Shown: one piece after another, positions 6,217 through 14,034 of the stretch
Numbering within the stretch: the first letter of the stretch is position 1
How the letters are laid out: every line of letters begins with the position of its first letter
From: Candidatus Zixiibacteriota bacterium
Lineage (GTDB): Bacteria; RBG-13-66-14; B26-G2; WVWN01
Length of the DNA stretch: 14,999 bases
Reading direction: 5' to 3'
NCBI GenBank assembly: GCA_050117845.1
Contig: JASFLY010000042.1
Location: 1-14,999, forward strand
The notes under the pieces: generated by a model
Seen by the model: the letters and a program-made list of their open reading frames with translations, nothing else
What the model was told of the DNA's origin: nothing
Databases searched by the model: none
Translations under genes and position numbers: made by a program

Positions 6217-8510
6217 GTCAACAGCCCCCGGGCCAGCGCCAGCGCCGCGCCCTTGTGCGGGATATAGTGGCCCCTGCGCAGGTCCGGGTCCACCACCTGA
6301 TTCGGCGTGAAGGTGGAGACGCCCACGCAGCTCGGGCAGCCCTGCTCGCACTCGCAGCCGGCGATGAGTTCCGCCGCCGCCCGCAGGACCGGCTCGAGTT
6401 CCCGGTAGGCGTGTTCGGAATAGCCCAGGCCCCCCGGATACACGTCGTATATAAACACCGCCGGCGTCCCCAGGTTCGACGAGTCGACGACGCCGCGCAG
6501 GTCCCGCGGGTCGCACATCGAGAACAGCGGCACCACGGCGAGGAGCGCGTTCTTAAGACCCACCAGCCCCTCGAAGGGATTAAAGCCCATCCGCGATATC
6601 TCGCTCAGGATCTCGGGCCCCGGCGCCACGTAGAAGGACATCGTCGAGAGTTCCACCGCCGGCAGCTCGAGCGCCGACCAGCCGATGGACTCCAGCGAAT
6701 GGAACTTAATTTTTTTGAATCCCACCGTCCGCCACGTCACCAGCGCGTCCACCAGGCCGAAGGCCCCCGCGCGGTTCTCGTGGGACTCGAGCGTCCGGAG
6801 GACCCGCAGCGTGGCCTCTACCATCGCCTGGGTGTAGTAGTCGACGTCACGGCGCTCCAGGAACGCCACCTTCTGGCCCAGGTCGAGTTCGCGCACGAAG
6901 TAGGTCTCGCCCTGTTGGAGGTAGATAGCCTCCGGGTAGAGCTGCTCCAGCGCGCTCTCGTAGTCCAGCGTTCCGCAAACGGCGTTGTCCTCGCCCGCGT
7001 CCATTATCGTCACGGTGTTGTCGGACGACGTGCGGAGGTTCACGTTGGCCGCGGGGTAGTCGCTGGACAGCCACCAGTACTTGCCGTCCTTGGCGCCCAT
7101 GTCGCCGCCGTCCGCCACGACCTCGGCCACGTCCGGGGCCGAGCCGCCGAAGGCGTCCAGGTCGTCCGTCGAGAGCGGCAACTCGCTCGCGGCGCAGCGC
7201 AGGTGGCCCGACAGGATGTAGACGTTCTCGGGGTCGATGATGGCGGCCTCGGGCGAACGGCCGAAGACGTACGCGGGGTTCCGCGCGAGGTACTGGTCCA
7301 CCGGGTCGTCGTACGCGATGAGGACGGCGAGGGAGGAGTCGGCCCGCCGGCCCGCCCGGCCGGACTGCTGCCACAGCGACGCGATGGAGCCGGGGAAGCC
7401 GACGACGATGGCCGCGTCCATGCCGCCGACGTCGATGCCAAGCTCGAGGGCGTTGGTGGCCGTCACGCCCAGAAGGCCGCCCCCGAAAAGTTCCTTCTCT
7501 ATCTCGCGGCGCTCCTCCGGGAGGTAGCCGCCGCGGTAGCTGCGGAGCTTGTCGCCGTACTTGGGCCCCAGCGCCTCGCGCGCGTACTTGTATATCAGCT
7601 CGGCGACGACGCGGGCCCGGGCGAAGGTGACCGACTGGACGCCCTCCTTCACCAGCGTCTGGAGTATCTCCGACGCCTCGACGTTGGCCGAGCGCCGCAG
7701 CCCCAGGTCGCGGTCCGACAGCGGCGGGTTCAGCACGACGAAGTAGCGGTCGCCCTGCGGCGCGCCTGACTCGTTCACCAGCGTCACCGGCGCGCCGACC
7801 AGCCTCTCGGCGTGTTCGGCCGGGTTGGCGATGGTGGCCGAGGTCAACAGGAACTGCGGGTCGGCGTCGTAGTGCCGGGCGACGCGCTTCAGCCGGCGGA
7901 GGACGTTGGCGACGTGCGAGCCGAAGATGCCGCGGTAGGCGTGCAGCTCGTCCACGACGACGTAGCGCAGCGACGAGAAGAACCGGCCCCAGCGGGCGTG
8001 GTGGGGCAGGATGCCCTGGTGCAGCATGTCCGGGTTGGTAATCAGGATATTGGCCGAATCGCGGAGTTTGCGGCGGGCGGGCGGCGGCGTGTCGCCGTCG
8101 TAGACGCCCGGCACGACCTTCGCGGCCACCGGCGGCGCCAGCGCCAGGAAGCGGTTCAGGTTGCGCAGCTGGTCCTGGCTCAGCGCCTTGGTGGGGTAGA
8201 GGAAGAGGGCCGAGCCGCCCGGCTCCCGGTACATGTTCTCGAGGACCGGCAGGAGGAAGCAGAGGGTCTTGCCGGAGGCCGTGGGCGTGACGGCGACGAC
8301 GTTCTCGCCCCGCCGGGCCGCGGCCACGTACTCGGCCTGATGGCTGTACAGGTCGTATACGCCGAGGTGCCTGAGCGCTTCCGCCAGCGGGGCGGGGAGC
8401 GGCGGCTCGAGCTCGACGAAGCGGGCCTCGTGCGCCGGGATGTGCTCGACGTGGCGGACGGCGTCGCCCTTGGTCAGTTGGAGTTCGGCCAGGATGGTCT
8501 CGATTTTCAT
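6213..8510 (-). CDS. DEAD/DEAH-box helicase with a C-terminal DUF1998 Zn-binding domain (YprA/MrfA/Hrq1-like)
   Basis: LYSHQ Q-motif, TPTASGKT, YPTKALSQDQ, YDGDT, TNPDMLH, VVDELHAYRGIFGSH, TSATIANP, YRGGY, TNALELGIDVG, QQSGRAGR. C-terminal CDPRD...YDVYPGGLG...CECEQGCPSC. Confidence 0.95.
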   Translation of the reverse strand: MKIETILAELQLTKGDAVRHVEHIPAHEARFVELEPPLPAPLAEALRHLGVYDLYSHQAEYVAAARRGENVVAVTPTASGKTLCFLLPVLENMYREPGGSALFLYPTKALSQDQLRNLNRFLALAPPVAAKVVPGVYDGDTPPPARRKLRDSANILITNPDMLHQGILPHHARWGRFFSSLRYVVVDELHAYRGIFGSHVANVLRRLKRVARHYDADPQFLLTSATIANPAEHAERLVGAPVTLVNESGAPQGDRYFVVLNPPLSDRDLGLRRSANVEASEILQTLVKEGVQSVTFARARVVAELIYKYAREALGPKYGDKLRSYRGGYLPEERREIEKELFGGGLLGVTATNALELGIDVGGMDAAIVVGFPGSIASLWQQSGRAGRRADSSLAVLIAYDDPVDQYLARNPAYVFGRSPEAAIIDPENVYILSGHLRCAASELPLSTDDLDAFGGSAPDVAEVVADGGDMGAKDGKYWWLSSDYPAANVNLRTSSDNTVTIMDAGEDNAVCGTLDYESALEQLYPEAIYLQQGETYFVRELDLGQKVAFLERRDVDYYTQAMVEATLRVLRTLESHENRAGAFGLVDALVTWRTVGFKKIKFHSLESIGWSALELPAVELSTMSFYVAPGPEILSEISRMGFNPFEGLVGLKNALLAVVPLFSMCDPRDLRGVVDSSNLGTPAVFIYDVYPGGLGYSEHAYRELEPVLRAAAELIAGCECEQGCPSCVGVSTFTPNQVVDPDLRRGHYIPHKGAALALARGLLT

Positions 8511-8518
8511 TAATGGGA

Positions 8519-8547
8519 ATTATAAACCGGAACGTGCTAGTACGGAA
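8519..8547 (-). promoter_or_regulatory. putative promoter for the helicase operon (near-leaderless)
   Basis: Minus strand TTCCGT, 17 nt, TATAAT (8524-8519), only 8 nt before the ATG at 8510, with no Shine-Dalgarno. Confidence 0.5.
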
Positions 8548-8602
8548 GGAAAAACTAGGGGGTGCTAATACGAAGTTGGTTTTTTTAGTCTATATTCGAA
8601 GG

Positions 8603-9748
8603 TTAACGGCTTTCGCAATTACCGTAGTAATCGATTAGGTATTCCGCCGTCCCTTCGTAAATAGGTTTATTTAAACGCACGGTATCACGCGGCGTAACTG
8701 GAGAGAAGCATGGGTCGAAATCGTCGGCACCGTTGCTCGTTAATCGCGTGACATGGGAACCGTCTATGTTCATAATGTATATTTCTTTATTACCGTCTCT
8801 TTCGGATACGAATATTATGCTGGACCCGTCGGGAGCAACCACCGGTTTCGTATCGTCGGCTCGGTTATCTGTGGAGTTATCCGTGTGTTTCTTTAAATCG
8901 TAGCCATTTTTATCGATCGTGAATATATCCTGATGCCCTTTCGAAAAACTTGCAAAAGCGATTACGTCCCCAGCGGGCGAATAATACGGGAATTCGTCAA
9001 ATCCTTGGCTTCGCGTAAGTCTCTCTTCCGAGGTCCCGTCGTTATTCATACGGTATAACTCCCAATCGTTGTCTCTGAAGGACGTAAATACGATTTTTTT
9101 GCCGTCGGGAGAGAATACGGGGTTGTGGTCTAAAGAAGCGTGCGTCGTTAACCTTCTTTCGTAGGAGCCGTTTTCCTTAATACTATAGATGTCTAGATTC
9201 CCGTTTTTCTCTGATGCAAACACGATATAAGCACCGTCAGGTGAGAACGCTGGTTTTCCCTCAACGTGGTGCCCGTGTGTTAGGCGATAGCATTGACTAC
9301 CGTCGGTTTTCATAATATATAATTCGGAAGAACCGTCGCGGTTGCTAACGAATAGTACTTCCGAATTGTCGGGTGAAAAAACTGGAAATTCGTCCGTAGC
9401 GTTATTTTGAGTTAACCTAGTTTGGCAGGTGCCGTCACAGCGCATTATGTATATCTCTTTATTGTTACCTTTATCTGAGACGAAAGCAATTTCCCGACCA
9501 TCCGGCGAAAAAACCGGCATGGAATCAGCCGCTGAGTTCTCGGTTAAACGGTACTGTTCGCGGCTACGCGTAAGACTCATAGAATAGATCTCTTGATTCC
9601 CGTCGCGGTCAGATGTGAAAACGATAGTATTCCATCTTTGTGACGCCCTACCCGTGGGGACTTTTCTTCCTTCACTAGCTATCGATGTACTATTGGTGCT
9701 TATTGTAGTAACTATAATGCATGCGAATACTCGAAACCTATTTTTCAT
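8603..9748 (-). CDS. secreted TolB-like PD40 (WD40-like) beta-propeller protein
   Basis: Seven ~44-aa repeats of I(V/A)FxSxRDGNxEIYxMxxDGSxxxRLT...PxFSPDG and a signal-peptide-like N-terminus (MKNRFRVFACIIVTT). ATG 9748 is preceded by GAGGTGG. There is no TolB N-terminal domain, so it is not called tolB. Confidence 0.88.
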   Translation of the reverse strand: MKNRFRVFACIIVTTISTNSTSIASEGRKVPTGRASQRWNTIVFTSDRDGNQEIYSMSLTRSREQYRLTENSAADSMPVFSPDGREIAFVSDKGNNKEIYIMRCDGTCQTRLTQNNATDEFPVFSPDNSEVLFVSNRDGSSELYIMKTDGSQCYRLTHGHHVEGKPAFSPDGAYIVFASEKNGNLDIYSIKENGSYERRLTTHASLDHNPVFSPDGKKIVFTSFRDNDWELYRMNNDGTSEERLTRSQGFDEFPYYSPAGDVIAFASFSKGHQDIFTIDKNGYDLKKHTDNSTDNRADDTKPVVAPDGSSIIFVSERDGNKEIYIMNIDGSHVTRLTSNGADDFDPCFSPVTPRDTVRLNKPIYEGTAEYLIDYYGNCESR

Positions 9749-10487
9749 CGACAATCCACCTCATTTCGTATTCTGCTGGCATTCTAATAGTACGGGTTAT
9801 TTTACGCGGCGCTTCGCCTTTACTGCTATTTTCTATTTTATATTCTTTCCTACCATCAGGTGTGTCTTCCCAGATATATTCCGGTTCTTTGTCATAGCTT
9901 TTAGGAGCGGGTTTTACTATTGTTTTTAAATAAGAACTCCTCGTACATTTTACTTCCCAATGTCCTTTGGAGGGATCGAGTCCGGTTCCGTTCGGGGGTA
10001 CTTGTTTAGTAACGCGACCGGATTCGTTTATATTTACTTCGCTGTTGATTTTATAATGGAACCCGGATGCTCCCAAATCTTTTAAAACCGCCCCAATCTC
10101 TTTGCCTTCGAGATTCGGGGCGCGTTTATTAAACGTACTGCTTATCGCGGTGCCGGCACTATTACTTGAATCGTCGATTCCTTGGGATGTAGTTCCGGGA
10201 GGTCCAAGGGGTTTTACAGGATTGTCGGTTCGAGGCGACGGAGTCGGCGAAGGTATAATACTTTTGTATAAAACCGGGAAATCAACATACGTTCCTGAGA
10301 CGGTGTTTATGAAACTGATTATAATGTATAATGTTGTAAAAATGGAAACTAGTATTATTATTGGTTTGCCTAAAGCAATGCGCCATATCAATTTTATTTT
10401 ATCTAATTTATTATTTCCCAATACGACAGAACAAAGATGGCTGAATAACTCCCGCTTGCCGTTTTCATCACGTTCCTTATTAGGCAC
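9738..10487 (-). CDS. hypothetical single-pass membrane protein with a Pro/Ser/Thr linker and a PASTA-like domain
   Basis: GTG start after AGGAGG, TM segment PIIILVSIFTTLYIIISFI, linker PSPTPSPRTDNP. The segment APNLEGKEIGAVLKDLGASGFHYKI...ESGRVTKQVPPNGTGL resembles the PASTA consensus (P.L.G......L...G.....G.V..Q.P..GT). Confidence 0.65.
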   Translation of the reverse strand: MPNKERDENGKRELFSHLCSVVLGNNKLDKIKLIWRIALGKPIIILVSIFTTLYIIISFINTVSGTYVDFPVLYKSIIPSPTPSPRTDNPVKPLGPPGTTSQGIDDSSNSAGTAISSTFNKRAPNLEGKEIGAVLKDLGASGFHYKINSEVNINESGRVTKQVPPNGTGLDPSKGHWEVKCTRSSYLKTIVKPAPKSYDKEPEYIWEDTPDGRKEYKIENSSKGEAPRKITRTIRMPAEYEMRWIVDEK

Positions 10488-10540
10488 TTTATCCTCCTAG
10501 AGTAAATTTATAATCCTTTAATACTTCCTTTATAGGATAT

Positions 10541-10569
10541 ATAATAACATATTGTTTTTAAATTGGCAA
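10541..10569 (-). promoter_or_regulatory. putative sigma70 promoter of the low-GC cassette
   Basis: Minus strand TTGCCA (10569-10564), 17 nt spacer ending in TGn, TATTAT (10546-10541). The region is AT-rich, so a chance match is possible. Confidence 0.5.
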
Positions 10570-10698
10570 AACGATTAAATACTATTAAGTGATTACCAGT
10601 TATAATGCCTTTGAGAGTTTAAGGCGTATAAATGATCGTTTGTATTTCTATTAAAACAAACCTAGCCGTTTAAACGGTATTTTTAAGAGAAGGATAGA

Positions 10699-10809
10699 GG
10701 GCATGAAGCCCGCCGCTTCGGGTAAATATTATATATTCTAAAGTAGCGGCGGACTTTACGTCCGCCGTTTGCCACGCGCGCGGGCGGCGGGTATGAAACC
10801 CGCCGCTTC
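10699..10809. repeat. REP cluster, family 2 (GTAG/GAAG-CGGCGG stem, 5-nt loop)
   Basis: 10743-10767 (+) GTAG-CGGCGGAC-TTTAC-GTCCGCCG; 10784-10809 (-) GAAGCGGCGGGT-TTCAT-ACCCGCCGC; 10699-10719 (-) GAAGCGGCGGGC-TTCAT-GCCC, truncated. Confidence 0.75.
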
Positions 10810-10842
10810 GGGGGTATTAGGGGAAGTCCCGGCAACATTTCC

Positions 10843-10871
10843 TTGGGTTAGACTCGTAGATAAGGTATAAT
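10843..10871 (+). promoter_or_regulatory. putative sigma70 promoter of the permease operon
   Basis: TTGGGT (10843-10848), 17 nt, TATAAT (10866-10871), followed by GAGGG and the ATG at 10888. Confidence 0.5.
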
Positions 10872-10887
10872 GGGTCTGAGGGTAACT

Positions 10888-12153
10888 ATGGAAAACGCCC
10901 GGCGAAAATTCCGCATCTTCCGGGCGCACCTGCGGGAGGCCTTCGCCCTCGCCGCCGGGTCGCTCTGGTCCAACAAGATGCGCTCGCTCTTGACCATCCT
11001 CGGCGTCTTCATCGGCGTCACGACGGTCGTGGGCCTCATTTCGCTCATCGTCGGCCTGCGCAGTTACGTCACCAGCTCCTTCTCCCAGACCGGCACCGAC
11101 ACCTTCTTCGTGACCCGGATGAACTGGATAACGTCGGACTGGGAGGAGTGGTACGAGGCGCAAAAGCGGCCCGACCTGACGGTGGCGGACGCGGCGGCCA
11201 TCGCCGCGGATTGCCCGTCGGTGGATTACACCGCGCCCCGGGTCGTCCTCCTTAAAAAGGTTTCGTTCCAGGATAAAAAGCTGTCCGGCGTCACGGTCAT
11301 CGGCACGACCGAGGAATTCCAGCAGATGGAGGGCCTCACGATACGCCACGGCCGCTTCATCACCAACGCCGAGGTGGACCGATCCCGGCAGGTCTGCGGC
11401 CTGGGCTACGAAGTGGCGGAGGCGCTTTTCGGGAACAGCTCGGGTCTGGGGAAGCGGATCAAAGTCGGCGGCCACGCCTTCACCGTCGTGGGGGACGCTT
11501 ACCCCATGGGCTCGGTCATGGGGCAGAGCCGCGACAACACCGTCATCATTCCCATAACGACCTTCGAGAAGCTCTTCGGCACCCGCAGCCTGGGCCACGG
11601 CCTCGCGATAATCTGCCGGCCCAAGTCGTCGGAACTGGCGCCGCAGGCCCTGGACGAGGTGACGACGGTCATGCGCCGCCGCCGGGGCCTCGGGCCCGAG
11701 GACGACAATAACTTCGATATCATTACGCAGGCCGCGATGGTTCAGGCCTTCGACGCCCTGACTGCGGCGCTCTTCGTCGTCATCATCGCCGTGGGGAGCA
11801 TTTCGCTGCTCGTCGGCGGCGTCGGCATCATGAACATCATGATGGTCTCGGTCACGGAGCGGACGCGCGAGATAGGGGTCCGCAAGGCCGTGGGGGCGCG
11901 GCGCAACGACATCATGTTGCAGTTCCTTATCGAGGCGGTGGTCCTCTCGGCCGGCGGCGGCCTGTTGGGCGTGGCCGGCGGGAGCGCCCTGGCTTTCCTC
12001 ATCGGCGTAACGACGCCGGTTCCGGCCGCGGTCTCGGCCGGGGCCGTGGTTCTGGGCGTCGTGTTCTCCACCGCGGTGGGTGTCTTCTTCGGCCTCTACC
12101 CGGCGCGCCGGGCGGCGGCCCTCGAGCCCATAGCGGCCCTGCGCTACGAGTAG
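10888..12153 (+). CDS. ABC transporter permease, MacB/FtsX family
   Basis: NKMRSLLTILGVFIGVTTVV TM1, a large periplasmic domain (GRFIT..EV), and a C-terminal ISLLVGGVGIMNIMMVSVTERTREIGVRKAVGARR...GLYPARRAAALEPIAALRYE. Start set at ATG 10888 (SD GAGGG), since ATG 10870 overlaps the -10 box. Confidence 0.95.
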   Translation: MENARRKFRIFRAHLREAFALAAGSLWSNKMRSLLTILGVFIGVTTVVGLISLIVGLRSYVTSSFSQTGTDTFFVTRMNWITSDWEEWYEAQKRPDLTVADAAAIAADCPSVDYTAPRVVLLKKVSFQDKKLSGVTVIGTTEEFQQMEGLTIRHGRFITNAEVDRSRQVCGLGYEVAEALFGNSSGLGKRIKVGGHAFTVVGDAYPMGSVMGQSRDNTVIIPITTFEKLFGTRSLGHGLAIICRPKSSELAPQALDEVTTVMRRRRGLGPEDDNNFDIITQAAMVQAFDALTAALFVVIIAVGSISLLVGGVGIMNIMMVSVTERTREIGVRKAVGARRNDIMLQFLIEAVVLSAGGGLLGVAGGSALAFLIGVTTPVPAAVSAGAVVLGVVFSTAVGVFFGLYPARRAAALEPIAALRYE

Positions 12154-12165
12154 TGTTGAATAAAA

Positions 12166-13461
12166 ATGGGTAAATTCCTCGACCACATCCGGCGGCAGTA
12201 CTACCAGTACCGGGAGGCGGCGCTCCTCGCCCTGGGCTCGCTCTGGGCCCACAAGATGCGGGCGCTGTTGACCATCCTGGGCGTCGTCATCGGCGTCACC
12301 ACCGTCATCGCGATGGTCAGCATCATCGACGGCTTCAATAAGTCCTTCGCCGACCAGATGGGCTTTTTGGGCGCCGATACCTTCTTCATCCAGAAATACG
12401 AGGCCGTGCAGATAGGCTTCCGCCGGGAAGAGCCCCGCAAGGACTTCGAACCCGAGGACGCCGAGGCCATCGCCCGGAGATGCCCCGCGGTGGCGGTAGC
12501 CGACTTCTACTCCGAATACCTGACCTACGGTACCCGCGGCGGCAATAAAACCGCGCTCTTGCCCGTGGGCGCTACCGAGACGGAGAAGTTCGACGAGATA
12601 TTTTCGTGGTGGGTCGAAGACGGTCGGATGCTCACGCAGGCCGATATCGATTCCGACCGCTACGTCGTGGTGGTGGGTCCCGACGTGGAGGAGGCCCTCG
12701 CGCCCGAGGGGAATATCGTCGGCACCGACATCAAACTTGGCGGCCACCGTTTCCGCGTCGTCGGCGTCTTCGTCCCCAAGGGCGAGATCTTCGGCATCTC
12801 GATGGACAACTACGCCGTCGTCCCGCGCGGCGCCGCGGTGAAGGCTTTCGGCGATACCGTTTTGAAGTCGGAAGAGGACGCGATAACGGTCAAGGCCGCA
12901 TCGCCGGAGCTCCTCAATACGGCCATCGATCAGGTGGAAGTCGTAATGAGGGAACAGCGCCGCGTCGCCCCCGAGGCCGAGAACGACTTCGAGATATACA
13001 CCTCCGACTCCATAATGGAGATATACAACCAGATAACCGGCGCCGCCTTCGCCGTGATGATAGGCATCTCCGCGGTGTCGCTTCTCGTGGGCGGCATCGG
13101 CATCATGAACATCATGCTGGTCTCGGTCACCGAACGGACCCGCGAGATAGGCGTCCGCAAGGCGCTGGGGGCCCGGCGGCGGGACATCATGGCCCAGTTC
13201 ATCGCCGAAGCCACCGTCATCTCGCTCACCGGCGGTTTAATAGGTATAATCCTCGGCGTCATCATCGGCGAGGGCGTGAGTATCCTGACGGCCGCGCTCT
13301 CTAACGCGGGCGCGCCCGTGCCCCATTTGCCGGCGGCCATCAAGGCCTGGTCGGTTACGCTGGGCTTCTCGTTCTCGCTCGGCGTGGGCCTGTTCTTCGG
13401 CATCTTCCCGGCGAACAAGGCCGCGAAGATGAACCCCATCGAGGCGCTGCGCTACGAGTAG
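12166..13461 (+). CDS. ABC transporter permease, MacB/FtsX family (paralog 2)
   Basis: HKMRALLTILGVVIGVTTV, VSLLVGGIGIMNIMLVSVTERTREIGVRKALGARR, GIFPANKAAKMNPIEALRYE. Confidence 0.95.
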   Translation: MGKFLDHIRRQYYQYREAALLALGSLWAHKMRALLTILGVVIGVTTVIAMVSIIDGFNKSFADQMGFLGADTFFIQKYEAVQIGFRREEPRKDFEPEDAEAIARRCPAVAVADFYSEYLTYGTRGGNKTALLPVGATETEKFDEIFSWWVEDGRMLTQADIDSDRYVVVVGPDVEEALAPEGNIVGTDIKLGGHRFRVVGVFVPKGEIFGISMDNYAVVPRGAAVKAFGDTVLKSEEDAITVKAASPELLNTAIDQVEVVMREQRRVAPEAENDFEIYTSDSIMEIYNQITGAAFAVMIGISAVSLLVGGIGIMNIMLVSVTERTREIGVRKALGARRRDIMAQFIAEATVISLTGGLIGIILGVIIGEGVSILTAALSNAGAPVPHLPAAIKAWSVTLGFSFSLGVGLFFGIFPANKAAKMNPIEALRYE

Positions 13462-13477
13462 CGCCCGGAGGTCTTTG

Positions 13478-14032
13478 ATGAAATACTGGCGTTATATCCT
13501 ACTGGTAGCCCTCCTGGCGGCCGGCGCGGCGGGAGCCGCCGAGGCCGAGGGGGACGAGGAAGTCAGCGTCACGCCGCCCGGCCTCGAGATGGAGGCCGTG
13601 ACCGCCCGTTGCGAGGAGGTCAAAGCCCCCAACCTCGTCGTCGTCCACATCCTGGGCGAGTGCGCTCTCATCGGCGTCCAGCCCGTCGGCAAGGACGAGC
13701 CCTACTACCGCGACGCGCTGGAGTTCGTCCGGGGGAAGGTCCGCGGCGTCGACGTCCGCGTCGAGGTATGCCCGAATATGCCCGTGAACGAGCAGGGCCA
13801 GAACCGGGCCATCATTTACTACTACGAGGGCGGCAAGTGGGTCAACCTCAACATCGAGCTGATACGGGCCGGCCTGGCCAAGGTCGCCGACGTTCCCGGC
13901 TGCCACGTGCCCACCAAGGCGTGGTTGGAATACGAGAAGGAGGCCCGCAACGCCGGCCTCGGGATGTGGACCGGCAAGTACGAGCGCGATAAACCCCTCT
14001 CCGAAGAGCCCGACATCGGCGACTTCGATTAG
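13478..14032 (+). CDS. secreted thermonuclease (SNase)-family protein, catalytic residues apparently degenerate
   Basis: Sec signal MKYWRYILLVALLAAGAAGA, with ATG 13478 after GGAGG. SNase-like scaffold: LIGV, EPYYRDALEFVRGKVRGVDVRVE, NIELIRAGLAKV, EKEARNAGLGMW. Confidence 0.78.
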   Translation: MKYWRYILLVALLAAGAAGAAEAEGDEEVSVTPPGLEMEAVTARCEEVKAPNLVVVHILGECALIGVQPVGKDEPYYRDALEFVRGKVRGVDVRVEVCPNMPVNEQGQNRAIIYYYEGGKWVNLNIELIRAGLAKVADVPGCHVPTKAWLEYEKEARNAGLGMWTGKYERDKPLSEEPDIGDFD

Positions 14033-14034
14033 CC

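Larger units (their letters stand above)
8520..10740. other. low-GC insert (probable horizontally acquired two-gene cassette)
   Basis: Abrupt shift to AT-rich sequence and AT-ending codons between the helicase start and the REP cluster at ~10700. Confidence 0.8.

Noticed and set aside
5831..6516. Long N-termini of ORFs 5048..6187 and 5827..6516
   Set aside because: They are off-frame read-through of the neighbouring genes in high-GC DNA. The GTGA-coupled starts at 5830 and 6216 are more plausible.
6213..8510. DUF1998 helicase as DISARM or Druantia
   Set aside because: It is a single ~765-aa YprA/MrfA-type fusion with host-like GC, and there is no methyltransferase, PLD or SNF2 partner in the window.
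8603..9748. Calling the propeller gene tolB
   Set aside because: It has no TolB N-terminal domain and no tolQRA/pal context, and it lies in a low-GC insert.
8511..10760. Target-site duplication or att sites around the low-GC insert
   Set aside because: No convincing direct or inverted repeat shared by both ends was found by eye, and there is no tRNA or integrase.
10756..12747. 663-aa minus-strand ORF and other long antisense ORFs (194..1090, 6255..7769, 2077..2809, 14029..14673)
   Set aside because: They are shadow ORFs opposite well-supported genes, expected at this GC content, with no recognisable motifs.
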